From Chloropicon primus (taxonomy: Eukaryota), in NCBI GenBank assembly GCA_023205875.1, contig CP060762.1, positions 1-64,000 on the forward strand: a stretch of 64,000 nt of DNA. Reading direction: 5' to 3'. The notes beneath the pieces are model-generated. The model did not search any database, had not been told where the DNA came from, and saw only the letters and a list, made by a program, of their open reading frames with translations. A program made the translations under genes and the position numbers. How positions within the stretch are numbered: the stretch's first letter is position 1; every line of letters begins with the position of its first letter. This document shows positions 10,801-20,022 of the stretch, piece after piece.

Positions 10801-12861
10801 GCCTTTCCTCCATTCGTGTTTGAGAACCAGTCAGACACCGTGTTCGAGATTTGGTTGACCAACAGGGAAGGCGCGAGCATCGAGGACGCGAACCCGAGCG
10901 ACTTCTTTGATCTCCCTGCTGGACTTGTGTCGAAAGATTTTGGAGCACACTTTGCTCACCTGTGTGTGTCAAATAAGAATGCGAGGAAAGCAGAGATTGC
11001 CGAAGCAGGTGAAGACGACGATGACATCTTCAACGCTGAAGTGGAGACGATCCTGTCCCTGGTCAACAAGGTGCCCATAAATTCTAGCATACGCATGTTT
11101 TTCAGGCCCAAGGGAAGTTCAGACCCCTGGTCGAACAAGGGGCTGGCCGAACGCAGCAGCAAAGCAGAGTTTGGTGTTGTGATCTCCACAGACTACAACG
11201 CGCCGACTTGGTTGGTGACCTTCTGCTTCGATGGCGACTCGGGTGAGCACCTCGGCGGTGAGGAGAGGGGCGGTTCGAAGAGGAAGCAGAGCCTCAAGGG
11301 AGTGAGCTTGGACCTCAGGGGCCTGCAAGTCACGCTTGTGGAGCCGGGGGAGGACGAGAGCGAGAGCCACAGGTGCCAGATCCTCGTGAACCGTTTTCAC
11401 TTTTGCGTGGAGCGCTGGACCGGAAGCAGCAAGGTGGAGGAGACTCTTCACAGATTGGATATGACTTGGGATGCCGTCCAAATAGGCATTGGTCGACCTT
11501 CCAGAGCGGTGCTGTGGACTAGCTCCTCCAGCAGAGAAATCTTCTGCGTCAGAGCGCTTTTGAGGTCCCACAGCAGCGCCCTGCCCGCAGACCCCGGTGA
11601 AGGAAAAAGGGCTCGCATTTTCTCGCTGGACGAGGCTCTGATTCAATTGGCTCGGATGAACGTGAGCATTGACGACAAAGTCCTCCTGTTCTTCTCCCGA
11701 CTGCAAAGCAAATTCTTTCACAAGAGCGACCTCCTGCCGCTCGGCAGGTTCCTTTTGGACAAAGGCAACGGACCCGAGTCCTTGCAGCGCGTAGCGGCAA
11801 AGCATGTTCGGGGAATCTTTCGTTCCTCGGGGGTGGGAAAGGTTCACATCGGCAAGCTGGTGATCCACAAGCTACAAGTCATATGCACCTTCAGGTCTAG
11901 CGGCTTGGTGCCGATCTTTCCCTACACCGTCGACGTGGTCAACAGCCCCATCGTTCTCCAAGGCATGTGCCTGGAGGGGATCTACGCCAAACCCAAGTTA
12001 CTGGTGCACGCCATTGCGGCATACTACGTCGCAGAGGGGATCGCAAACGCGCCTCAGATCGTGGGGTCGCTAGGTTTGCTTTTCAACCCCGTCGGCATCG
12101 TGGAGAGCGTTAAAAACGGCGTCCACGACCTGATTGGGATCCCCCTCGAGGGCCTCAAGGCAGGAAATCCGCTGAATTTCGTGGGGGGGTTGGGGCTGGG
12201 AGGCCTCAAGTTCATCGGCCACGTGTCCGGGTCCCTGCTGAGCTCCGTCTCCGTCTTCAGCTCGGCGTCTGCGAGGATCTTGCAGAAGCTGTACAGGAGC
12301 CCAGAAGTGGGCGGCTTGGGTTTGCTGGGCTTCCTGGCCAGCCCCATCGGGGGAGCCCTGCAGCTCATCGGCGACGTCACCCAAGGCGTTCTGGACACCA
12401 CGGGGTTCACGGACATGCCGGCCGCGATGGAGGCGCCAGAGGACCTCGTAGCGGTGTCGCGGTCCGGGGACGGGAGGGGGCGCTTCGTGGCCTCGAGCAC
12501 CAAGAACCGCTTTCTCGTGCTTTGCACCCACCTCGAGGGCGAGGGCTACAGGGGGCACTTCCCCCTGGTGCGCGGGGCGCGAGTCCTGGGAACCGGGGAG
12601 GACCCCAACGGCTCCGGGGACGCCAGCACGGTGGACCTGGTCGCGAATCCCCTCCTCCTCGTGACGGCAAAGGCCTACCACCTCGTGAGCGATGGCTCCT
12701 TCTCGCTGGACTCCCGGTCCTTGGCCGTGGGTCCCAGCAGTCGGGTGGACAGCGGGCCGAACAACAGTGTAAAAATAGTGGGAGAGTGTGGCTTGGTTTT
12801 CGACTTGACCTTTGACTCGTTCCAGATGCAAGCGTTCTTCCAGGTCCTCAAGTCCTTGTGA
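4843..12861 (+). CDS. VPS13: VPS13-family bridge-like lipid transfer protein (VPS13B-like), about 2672 aa, intronless
   Basis: Chorein_N-like start (LTNGRVVLHNLELN..ELSVNIPWTAL). VAB/SHR-BD-like repeats (PRHCIINST, PPFVFENQS). C-terminal VPS13_C/ATG_C-like GSLGLLFNPVGIVESVKNGVHDLIGIPLEG. Confidence 0.88.
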   Translation: METVLTAVVTRLLKKFVKTKANKQGEDLRVRLTNGRVVLHNLELNLKALGLNQDDDNDNDNDKGKESGGLVTVRRAFAKELSVNIPWTALSTDAIEVCLDTVEVVLDVRDKSSSEDGQVDGGSNNRGARESPSGRSASAASNDARGEEDEDRGGQESRGREEEAPGGKETAAVVEDTKKKKGWISSLLDTLGDTSVRIRNLVLRLRCGSTVTTVMCGELKVFTSFRDEAGVLGGGDLNLDPKGFFSKWVVASTVMMDVTNTAAREDGGEMLGVLNGPAVNMDGLKFHLVVPSPFTLSKSMSVEDLRGLDEQRLPQGATEPQVNVFFDELTCNASRGLAEAISLLLEAFRQKGEPEAEEGPTRPASPSSGSTTAGEEERDAVDLVPNGGERGLEEAPEPAEESKPRSTWLSYGTSVASKTWDFIVAGEDEDMEWEGHNASLEAALTAEEVQMQKDLEEKMSKLWLKFNISVRVNKAKLNLVAETKRVTVSLEGLWTRLPYSRESLGEFSASIARIKVDHSRGARQEGSNQLVFLCSASQKPSEEVRAESALDIHSSIVVREAEEGSRRLFSVSVGETWLLYNSKFVEDACDILRQMSAALRPRRAEGDDEPAPAHDDDTKAKASERNGEAGREGGGVQVKLTMASTTLSCDDGTHYSVLSHVGALVENVQCTFVLDGVAEDKTAEVDLSAMVYLVQLKRLSPEHFIRNYLSRAAILKGEAKYGAGNLDAVSSLEEFECCLESHRFDDLLESVCGYDHLLMESMKRTLEGLYSNVSGLKFSFAKGPSVDTRAHISIDAVLLGLFLNATEHAGVNALLVEVGGVDCLAEGPGKAAAVNSVACCLSRDNTGVACNTLLKSSMSTEGQIERNVIVHTLAISFGEDTSIGLEQVVSKLSGGDLECLLTVSGFASEVLPERGADEEEMSMLIKVDKTLLEICDESQNQSLSVAIGGISLKKSLETVREGSQMHRTEESSMDLQVATVAVTHNCDDKGGTLVLHFERGLGESPQEVDLSLTSVSTFSTASKTVEKQVEARAGNPFTCCITPVMLTMVLDVLTRCSGPRKAAGETKGAEAEKVVRNSCTKVSLKEFGLYFDGFHYEAAAGERLHLHSDALILAIIPAQDDSTQKKSTEIDVCTLSFQISTMKPSFEQKPREFVFLGPADMHWKWQNLESFVLSINAGCLPLHLYWGAHRIIHSAFYGLFRVIYDGWQAIKAKSSAPQEGGEKEEPGDEGAEKPPFLLVVLQSGDMHLDLQSKVPSPAFLGAEGKPDLFLGSLLKLVSKSFKLGFHLWSSSNYLFTFMGLCEFVYENPSTFTEEVLMMEVPVKASLGFMYEAGGGVAQRPIARSLRTSAFAPPDLLRVQNTSRQEVSFEVFTEEKVHLLASMGAVNKFLALQAHLNGVENIHIRNFAPIDIAIGQVGSGGRGRRLPTGSTCDFVWPCPHILVNEKSELLHVRVEADHCPWSNAFGLKKEGCSLLVLPISDTHELELAAQISKASGHVEVTLRPRHCIINSTPEDLQVTWEGCLSGCSGVLEQALDTRSFCLHPRGESAEEANAEEVLLLCARSSGGSSSPRLSLRSGGTRWESVKFGKSVASFPVRALADHGDQAAPKAINDLFVECLSSHLATGQVLVRIHPNLYLTNGLTEEIRIEDPSRGTPVCIPSSETVPLMGVDLEALHVSIAGPGAAKFSGKWDCSGKVGWSELEFIPAEGARLPTLKCLCHTESVHDGALAFMRIVPEVSFQNCTGLKMGASFVTESDHGEGEDRPKICVLADETLHSFPGSGTESWLVSLSLEGGGNQKPSQCVLNLTDLQSCDQESPRRAFSRRVGFRDSGLKLYLSAARTALTERVSQGPSIFHIGIFPLFSVMNLCRRDIVLKCSTNSTEVHCEKGEIAGLAAFDCKAEAAGDECVSLQMRWIQEHGEAECDGGWSDPAEISCGAGFALTSIPQGTMGGEGGGGDGTPSRIGGVPVSLYTFEYGGRFVTLVSEEAFPPFVFENQSDTVFEIWLTNREGASIEDANPSDFFDLPAGLVSKDFGAHFAHLCVSNKNARKAEIAEAGEDDDDIFNAEVETILSLVNKVPINSSIRMFFRPKGSSDPWSNKGLAERSSKAEFGVVISTDYNAPTWLVTFCFDGDSGEHLGGEERGGSKRKQSLKGVSLDLRGLQVTLVEPGEDESESHRCQILVNRFHFCVERWTGSSKVEETLHRLDMTWDAVQIGIGRPSRAVLWTSSSSREIFCVRALLRSHSSALPADPGEGKRARIFSLDEALIQLARMNVSIDDKVLLFFSRLQSKFFHKSDLLPLGRFLLDKGNGPESLQRVAAKHVRGIFRSSGVGKVHIGKLVIHKLQVICTFRSSGLVPIFPYTVDVVNSPIVLQGMCLEGIYAKPKLLVHAIAAYYVAEGIANAPQIVGSLGLLFNPVGIVESVKNGVHDLIGIPLEGLKAGNPLNFVGGLGLGGLKFIGHVSGSLLSSVSVFSSASARILQKLYRSPEVGGLGLLGFLASPIGGALQLIGDVTQGVLDTTGFTDMPAAMEAPEDLVAVSRSGDGRGRFVASSTKNRFLVLCTHLEGEGYRGHFPLVRGARVLGTGEDPNGSGDASTVDLVANPLLLVTAKAYHLVSDGSFSLDSRSLAVGPSSRVDSGPNNSVKIVGECGLVFDLTFDSFQMQAFFQVLKSL

Positions 12862-12885
12862 TTGACCCACAGCGGCAAACTCCAA

Positions 12886-12890
12886 TGTAA
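12886..12890 (+). promoter_or_regulatory. TGTAA green-algal polyadenylation signal (example)
   Basis: 25 nt after the VPS13 stop. The motif also follows other stops: + strand at 19965, 36465, 38269, 47769, 57262; - strand at 32216, 33324, 39261, 60456. Confidence 0.7.
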
Positions 12891-12967
12891 TGTCATAACT
12901 CACTCACCTTTGCCTGGCAGACTTCTACTTCTCCCGCCAATTTTGAACCCCCATCACTATCACTATC

Positions 12968-14347
12968 ATGGCGAGCGGCGCGAGGAAGCCTGGTCCTCGT
13001 GGCGGGGGCGGCGAAGGCGAAGGCCCTCGCGAGCGCCATCCCTGCCCACTGGACGTCTCGGCCGTGTCCCTGGACGGCGAGGTCCTCGTGCGAACGAGGC
13101 GCGGCACGGCCATCCAAGTGCTGCGCAAGGAACGGGGAAGAAGGAGAACGACAGACGATGACGATGACGATGTCGAGGAGGAGGGAGGGGAGGGGAGGGA
13201 ACGCGCTTCGACTTCGTACGTGGTGGTGCACGAGGAGGAGACCCGGTACAGCTTGCGGGACGTGGCGGTGTTCTGCCGCCGAGGCGCGACGGAGTCGTAC
13301 CTGGTGTGCGCGGCCACCAGCGGAGGGGCCAAGGTGCTGGGCCTGAGGCGGGAGGGAGGGGAGTGGCTCGTGGTCCTTCCCGAGGGGGGGGGCGACTTGC
13401 TGCACTACACGCAGCCCATGGCCTGCGCCGCCTTCAGCGGGGAGGGTAGGCTCGGCCTGGGGTGGTACTGTGGCATCGCGACGACTTGGCAGGTGGACTT
13501 GGTGCCGAGGGGGTTGGTGTGCAGCCAGGTGGGCACGCTGAGGACGGGGAGCGCGGAGAGGATCAGGGGGATGGGGTTCTCGCCCTGCGACCGTTACCTC
13601 GCGGCGGTGGACTGGCTCGGGACGGTTTTCGTGTTTCGGAAAGAGGGGAAAGGGGAGTGGGAGAAGGTGGCCGCCGTGGCCGCTGGCCTCTGCGACGAGG
13701 AGAGTTTGAGCTCCGTCGTCCGGTGGGCTCCCAGGGGAAACACTTTTGAGGTGTCCTCGGGGGGGGAGGCCGGGGAAGTCAGATCGTTCCACGTGGAGGG
13801 AAGGTGGGTGGAGTCGCTGGAGCCCGGGTTCGAGCGGCCCGCGAGTCAGGAAGAGTCTGCGGTGGTCTTCAAGGACGACCGCTGCGAAATTGTTTGCGTG
13901 CAGGACGAGGCCTTCCTAAGAGCAAAGAGGGGGTCAGGAGGCACGGAGCCGCGGGGGGAAGGGTTTGACTACTCCAAGGACAACAGGCCGGTCGAGCTTG
14001 AGGTTCGTTTCCCCGCGGGGGGAGACGCGACCGGAAAGGTCTTTGTTTGCCTTGATTTCTGCCCTCCGAGGTGGCGGGTGGATCTGCGCTCCCTGGACTC
14101 ACTACCCGAGAACCGCGAGACCGCCGTCTTCGTTGGAGCATGCCACGAGCTGGGTGTTGTGCTCGTGTACGCCTGCGGCGTGTATTACTCAGCACCCTTC
14201 GCGGGCCTACCGTCCGGGCCCAACGCCTGGATTCCCGAGGTGTTGGTCGGTGACGAGGGCGAAGAGGCCGCAGACCAGCCAGAGAGCCGCAGTCCACCCC
14301 AAGCCCGAACTCTTCTGGGGAGGTTCTTAAAACGCAAAGGCTTTTGA
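12968..14347 (+). CDS. WD40/beta-propeller-like protein of unknown function, 459 aa
   Basis: Long ORF with coding-like codon use and WD-like segments IRGMGFSPCDRYLAAVDWLGTVFVFR and SSVVRWAP. Confidence 0.6.
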   Translation: MASGARKPGPRGGGGEGEGPRERHPCPLDVSAVSLDGEVLVRTRRGTAIQVLRKERGRRRTTDDDDDDVEEEGGEGRERASTSYVVVHEEETRYSLRDVAVFCRRGATESYLVCAATSGGAKVLGLRREGGEWLVVLPEGGGDLLHYTQPMACAAFSGEGRLGLGWYCGIATTWQVDLVPRGLVCSQVGTLRTGSAERIRGMGFSPCDRYLAAVDWLGTVFVFRKEGKGEWEKVAAVAAGLCDEESLSSVVRWAPRGNTFEVSSGGEAGEVRSFHVEGRWVESLEPGFERPASQEESAVVFKDDRCEIVCVQDEAFLRAKRGSGGTEPRGEGFDYSKDNRPVELEVRFPAGGDATGKVFVCLDFCPPRWRVDLRSLDSLPENRETAVFVGACHELGVVLVYACGVYYSAPFAGLPSGPNAWIPEVLVGDEGEEAADQPESRSPPQARTLLGRFLKRKGF

Positions 14348-14418
14348 TAACTTAATTTATCTCATACGTCATTAGACGACGACTCTTTTTCCGTTCCCCA
14401 CACCCCCGGTGTCTAGGT

Positions 14419-15249
14419 CTAGTTGATGAACCACCACTGCTGGAGTGGCTCGATCGTCTCCTTGCAGAACCGCTGCAGGAGGGGAACCATCCTTGCTGAG
14501 AGCGCAGGCATCTTATAAGTCATTAGGGCGAAGACGGTCATCTCCCCCTCCGCTGCCGAGGTCTTGCACAGGGCAATCCCAACGCTTTCGTCCTCCCCCT
14601 TGGTGGCCGTCCTTCCGTACACCAGTGGCGGATGAAACCTGTGCACCTCGTAGCGCTGGCCCTCGAGCGTGATCCCCTTCATCATGGCCTTGTCCCTGCC
14701 CGCGAAGAGGGAAGCGATGGCTGGAAGCTCGCGGTCGTCCACGCTGGCCAGGTTGCTGTACAGGACAGTGCGGGCCGCGTCGAAGACGAGGATGTCACAA
14801 ATGGCAGTCTTCTCCTCCCCGAATAACAGCTTCTCGGCCCCCTCCTTGATGCCCAGCTGAGACCTCGCCGCGGCTGGCGTTTTGAAGGCGTCCTGCGCAC
14901 CCCCCGGGCTCATCAGCTCTTGCACGCCGTCCTCCGTTGGAGTGGACATCGTCTGTAGGCTCTGGCTCTGGTCTCGAGTGTGGCTTCCCCGGCCCAGGTG
15001 GTCCCCGCCGTTCCTCGCCCCTTGGCTTGGTATGGGTGTCACGGTCCCCGCCGTGCCGTAGTTCCCCGCCTTGGCCAGGGAAGGGGCCAGGATGTCCTTC
15101 TCGCTCGCACCAACCTCAGTGCTGGTGCTGGTGCTGGGCTGGCTCGACCCTGGTTCGGCCCCAGGGCTGGCCTCATAGTTGTCGCTCGAGTTCTGATAGG
15201 AAACGCTGCTGTACTTGGCTTTCCTCTTCCTCAGCCCGCACAACCACAT
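14419..15249 (-). CDS. Protein with disordered N-terminal half and C-terminal profilin-like domain
   Basis: KGITLEGQRYEVHRFHPPLVYGR..GIALCKT..VFALMTYKMP fits the profilin strand pattern. First in-frame ATG is 15249 (the track start is TTG). Confidence 0.65.
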   Translation of the reverse strand: MWLCGLRKRKAKYSSVSYQNSSDNYEASPGAEPGSSQPSTSTSTEVGASEKDILAPSLAKAGNYGTAGTVTPIPSQGARNGGDHLGRGSHTRDQSQSLQTMSTPTEDGVQELMSPGGAQDAFKTPAAARSQLGIKEGAEKLLFGEEKTAICDILVFDAARTVLYSNLASVDDRELPAIASLFAGRDKAMMKGITLEGQRYEVHRFHPPLVYGRTATKGEDESVGIALCKTSAAEGEMTVFALMTYKMPALSARMVPLLQRFCKETIEPLQQWWFIN

Positions 15250-15788
15250 CGTGCTCCCTCCTCCCCGCCCCCTTTGCCTCGCCCCGTGAACCCAAGGTGT
15301 TCTCCCAACCTTGTCTCTCCCTCCCGAGGTGGCGGCCAAGGTGTCGTCTTGGTCCCTGCCTCCTCTCGTTCTTGGCTGCTCCTCTACGTGCTCACCCTTC
15401 TGCCTAGGACAAAAACACGACCCCTGCTCACACGATGAACCCCCTCCTGGTTCTCTTGTTGCGTTGGCTGGTTGGTTGTGTCGTTGTTGTGCGCGGCATC
15501 CCCTCCCCTCCCCTCCAAGGTCTCGTCTTGGTCCTCCTCCTGGCTCCTGGCTCCTTGGCTTCGAAATTTTGCGGGGAGGAAATCAAAACTCGAAGAGGAA
15601 GGAGAGGCTCGCGATCGCGGTCGCGCTCGTACCAAGCCAAGGCAAGAGGAACGAGGAGGATAACGGCCAAGGGGAAGGAGGTAGGAGCATCGGCCGTGTT
15701 GCGATCTTTCGAACGAGTGCTTGGTCGAAGGGAGAGACGACCGGGGGGAGGAGTGCATTCGGTTGGATTGATATTGATATTGATATTG

Positions 15789-16863
15789 ATGGTGAGGGTG
15801 AGGGGGTTGGTCAAGGTGGCGGAGGGGGAGCACGCGGTGGTGACGGGAGGGTCGAGTGGGATAGGACTGGAGTGTGCCAGGGAGCTCCTCCGTGCGGGGG
15901 CTACCGTCACGCTGGTGGCGAGGAACAGGCAGAAACTCAAGGAGGCAGCGGAGACCCTGAGAGAGGGGACAGAGAACAGAGTGATCACGAAACAGGCTGA
16001 CGTCGGGAAGCCCGATCGCATCGAAGCTGCGGTGCGAGAAGCGGAGGAGGAGGCCGGAAAGCCGGTGGGGATACTGATCTGCAGCGCGGGTATGGCGGAG
16101 TGCAAGACCTTCGAAGACACGGGGGTGGAAGACTTCGATAGGCTCATCAGCGTGAACTACTTTGGGACGGTGAACACGGTTCGCAGCTGCTTGCCCTCGA
16201 TGAGGCGACGCGGCGCCGGAAGGATCGTTCTCGTGAGCTCCCAGGCGGGCCAGGTGAGCTCCTAGTTTGTTTGCGCATCCCCCGGAGAGAGACTTTCTGA
16301 CACTGCTTCTCTTTCAGGTTGGTCTGTACGGATACACGAGCTACTCTGCTTCGAAGTTCGCTCTTTCTGGTTTCGCGCAGGTACGGCCACGCCCCTCTGG
16401 ATCACTCCAAACCTCTCTCTCTCTCTCGTTCGGATCGGTGACCGCGACTGACCCTGTCGTTTCCTTTCGTCACAAGGCCCTGGAGATGGAGTGCAGGGAC
16501 GACGGGATTTCCGTCGGGGTGTGCTACCCTCCCGACACGGACACCCCCCAGTTCGAGTACGAGAACCGATGCAAGCCGGCGATCACGAAGGCCATGGTGG
16601 GCAAGGTGACCCCCGCGAGCGCGTCCCAGGTGGCCCGCGTCCTGTTGCGGGGCATGGTGACGAAGAAGTTCTCCATCGTGATCGGCTTTGACGGCTGGGC
16701 CCTCGGCATAGCCACGGGTGTGATGAACCCCCCCAACTCTTTCCTTTCCGTCCTGGTGGACCTCTTCATGCTTCCCATCATCCGCCTGGTGAGCCTCGTC
16801 ACCCTCTTGGGCTGGCACCAAACCATTCGCCGGCACAAGAACGCGGCGAAAAAGTCCGAGTAA
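15789..16863 (+). CDS. TSC10: 3-ketodihydrosphingosine reductase (SDR); exons 15789-16253, 16318-16380, 16477-16863; start uncertain
   Basis: TGGSSGIG, VSSQAGQ|VGLYGYTSYSASKFAL (YxxxK), YPPDTDTPQFEYENRCKP and C-terminal hydrophobic helices. Two phase-0 GT-AG introns. Confidence 0.9.
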
Positions 16864-17347
16864 TAACAGCAATAACGGATCCCCGTCGTCCTCGTGTTTG
16901 TGTTCTTGTTCTGAATGCCATACTCATCCTAACCACAATCATGGATAATAATACTAAACCAAGATTCATTATGACCGTCCTGAAGGCTGATTGCCATGAT
17001 GTTTGTTCCCCTCCCTCCTCCTCCTCCTCCTCCTCCTCCTCCCTCCCTCAAAATCAAAGGAGTCTTCTCTTTGGAAGGAGCAGGTGGAAGTACAAGGAGC
17101 AAGATCCAGTGGAAGGAGCAAGATCCATTGGAAGAGATCATGCAAGACACAATCCCCCTCCCCCTCCTCCCCATTCCCTCCCTCGTCCCCTTCTCCCTCC
17201 CTCCTCCGTCCTGATCCTGATCTCGTTTCCTCCCTCCTCGGAGGGGCGGCGGCCGATCTTTCCCGAGTGAGTCTGCAGGCGGAGAGCGGAGGCGGACAGA
17301 GCGGAGCGGAGGGGAACAAGCCAACCGAGGGAAGGGGAGGAGTCAAG

Positions 17348-19900
17348 ATGGGGAAGAAGAGCAAGGGAAACCAAAGGCTGGACAAGTTCTACTACTTGGC
17401 CAAGGAGCAGGGATACAGGAGTCGTGCGGCCTTCAAGCTCGTGCAACTCAACCGAAAGTATGGTTTCCTGGAGAAGGCAAGGAGTTGTTTGGATTTGTGT
17501 GCGGCGCCTGGAGGTTGGCTCCAAGTCGCGCAGAAGCACATGCCGATGAACTCCTTGGTGGTTGGAGTGGACCTGGATCCCATCAAAGCGATACGCGGCT
17601 GCATCACGCACCAGGCGGACATCACCACGGAGAGGTGCAGGCAGCTGCTGAGGAAGGAGGCCAAGGGGGGGTGCTATGATATCGTCATACACGACGGCGC
17701 GCCGAACGTGGGAGGAAACTGGGCGAGCGAGGCGCACATGCAGAATGTTCTCGTCCTGGAGTCCCTCAAGCTGGCCTGCGAGTTCCTGCCACCCAACGGC
17801 TGGTTCGTCACCAAGGTGTTCCGAAGCGTTGACTACCATTCGCTGTTGTATGCTTTCAACCAGCTGTTCCGCCAGGTGGAGGCCACCAAGCCGATGGCCT
17901 CGAGGTACCAGAGTGCGGAGATCTTCGTCGTGTGCGGCGGCTTCAAGGCCCCGGGGAAGATCGACCCGAGGTTGCTTGACGCCAAGCACTTGTTCAACGA
18001 CACGAGCGCGGAGCCCCTGCCTCAGGTGGACGTCCTGGACCCCAGGAACGACAAGAAGAAGAGGCAGAGGCAAGGGTACGAGGACGGGATAAGCACGACG
18101 TACAAGCAGAGGAACGTGGTAGACTTCGTGCTCTCGGAAAACCCTGTGGAGATGCTTGGGAGGACCGTGACCTTCACTTTCTGCCAACCCGAGGAAGGGG
18201 CCTCAACCTCCAAGGAGGCGGGGGACTCGACCCCGGTGGAGGACGTGGTCGAAGTCTACGACTTTGTTGGGGGCCACAAGGGCACCACAGATGAGATCAA
18301 GCACCTCTGCAAGGACCTTCCGGTGCTGGGAAGGAGCGACTTCAAGCACCTGCTCAAGTGGCGGACCAACGTGAGGAAGGCCCTGGAGAAGGAAGGCCTG
18401 CTGCAGAAGAAGCAGGACCTGGAGGGGAAAGGGGCCGAGGGGGCCGAGGAGGAGGAGGAGATGGATGAGGAGACGAAACTTCTCAACGAGATGAGGGAGG
18501 TCCGCAAAAAGATGGAGTCGAGGCTCAAGAGGGAGAAGAAAAAGTCGAAGAAGATGAAGCAGGCCAACAAGCTCAGGATCGCAATGTCCCTGAACGACGA
18601 AGTGAGCGGGATTCAGTCCGAGCAGGACTTGTTCAACTTCCACAAGGATCAGCTCAAGGGTATGAACGCGGCAGATGCCCCGAGCGAGCAGCTGATGGAC
18701 AAGGTCGAGGAGGAGAGCAGCGACAGCGAGGCGGAGGAGGAGCAGAGGAGGTTGGCAAAGAAGAGGTCCGATGCTGTGGACCCTGGGGAGAGCAAGGACA
18801 GGTACTTTCAGCTGCAGGACAAGTACTTTGAGCTGCTTTACAAGCACTACAAGGGCCTGAAGACCGAAACGAAGTTCTTGAAGAAGAGGTCGAGGCTGGA
18901 CGACTTGACCGAGATCGATCTGGAGGAAATGGACGAGGGGGACTTTGGCCAAGAGGCGGAAGAGGGAGGAAAGGCCAAGGCCAAGGGGGCGAGCGAGGAG
19001 GCGGACGAGGAGGAGACCGCCAAGCACGATTCTATGGCCGCCAAGTGGTTCAGTCAGGACGTCTTCAGCGACATCAACATGGATGGCAAGGGCCAGGAGA
19101 AGAAGAGGAAAGAGGTGGTCGCTCCTGCCGTGGACACCAAGACCGAAAGCAGCAGCGAGGAGGAGGAGGAAGAGGACGACGGCAAGTACATCGAGAGCCT
19201 GAAGAGGAAGAGGGGGCAGGCCAAGGACAAGGAGGAGGACGAGGAGGAGGATTTCGAAATTGTGAAGAGAACTTCTCCCGGGGATGGCGGCGACAGCTCG
19301 AGCGACGACGAGAGCGACTCCATTGACTCGGACGACACGGAGGCCCTGGCGCACACCATGGTTCTGAAGAAGATGTTCCTGAAATCCAAGTCCAAGAGGG
19401 CGCTGCTTGAGAGCTCGTACAACAAGTTTGCCTTCCACGATGAGGGCTTGCCTGACTGGTTCTCCCAGGACGAGGCCAAGCACATGCGCCCCGCCGTGGA
19501 GGAGCTCTTGCCGGAGGAGGATCTGGCAGAGGCGAGGGACCAGCTCAAGGCCATCGACAGCAGAACGATCAAGAAGGTGGCCGAGGCCAAGGCCAGGAAG
19601 AAGAGGAAGTTGTGGAAGAGGATGGAGACGGCGAGGGCCAAGGCGAACCAGATTGCGAATTCGGAGGACATCTCCGCGAGGGGCAAGGCCAGGGAGATTG
19701 CCAAGCTTTACGCCCAGGCGAAGGACTTGCGCAAGAAGGGCAAGGGCAAGAACCCCAACAACGCTTCTTTGCAGACAAGGGAAAGGAGGTCAGCCTCCGG
19801 CAAACCTCTGGACCGGAGGATGTTCTCCGACAAGAGGCAGGTCAACGCCAAGCAGAAGAAGAAGGACGCGAAAAAGGCGAAGAAGAGGGGAAGGAGGTGA
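17348..19900 (+). CDS. SPB1: AdoMet-dependent pre-rRNA 2'-O-methyltransferase Spb1/FTSJ3
   Basis: RLDKFYYLAKEQGYRSRAAFKL, LDLCAAPGGW, HDGAPNVG, FVTKVFRS; C-terminal LPDWFSQDE..IKKVAEAKARKK. Confidence 0.97.
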   Translation: MGKKSKGNQRLDKFYYLAKEQGYRSRAAFKLVQLNRKYGFLEKARSCLDLCAAPGGWLQVAQKHMPMNSLVVGVDLDPIKAIRGCITHQADITTERCRQLLRKEAKGGCYDIVIHDGAPNVGGNWASEAHMQNVLVLESLKLACEFLPPNGWFVTKVFRSVDYHSLLYAFNQLFRQVEATKPMASRYQSAEIFVVCGGFKAPGKIDPRLLDAKHLFNDTSAEPLPQVDVLDPRNDKKKRQRQGYEDGISTTYKQRNVVDFVLSENPVEMLGRTVTFTFCQPEEGASTSKEAGDSTPVEDVVEVYDFVGGHKGTTDEIKHLCKDLPVLGRSDFKHLLKWRTNVRKALEKEGLLQKKQDLEGKGAEGAEEEEEMDEETKLLNEMREVRKKMESRLKREKKKSKKMKQANKLRIAMSLNDEVSGIQSEQDLFNFHKDQLKGMNAADAPSEQLMDKVEEESSDSEAEEEQRRLAKKRSDAVDPGESKDRYFQLQDKYFELLYKHYKGLKTETKFLKKRSRLDDLTEIDLEEMDEGDFGQEAEEGGKAKAKGASEEADEEETAKHDSMAAKWFSQDVFSDINMDGKGQEKKRKEVVAPAVDTKTESSSEEEEEEDDGKYIESLKRKRGQAKDKEEDEEEDFEIVKRTSPGDGGDSSSDDESDSIDSDDTEALAHTMVLKKMFLKSKSKRALLESSYNKFAFHDEGLPDWFSQDEAKHMRPAVEELLPEEDLAEARDQLKAIDSRTIKKVAEAKARKKRKLWKRMETARAKANQIANSEDISARGKAREIAKLYAQAKDLRKKGKGKNPNNASLQTRERRSASGKPLDRRMFSDKRQVNAKQKKKDAKKAKKRGRR

Positions 19901-20022
19901 TCCAAAGTTTCGCTTCGTTTAATACAATGGCAGAAAAAAATAATTACGCAAACATGTATATGTATGTAATAATAAACTCTTCCGCAAGCAGCTGTGTTTG
20001 AGAGTGTGTTCAGACGCTCGCC

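Noticed and set aside
16939..16998. Possible C/D snoRNA (terminal tcatgg/ccatga stem, CTGA near the 3' end)
   Set aside because: No canonical box C (RTGATGA) at the 5' end and no convincing rRNA antisense element.
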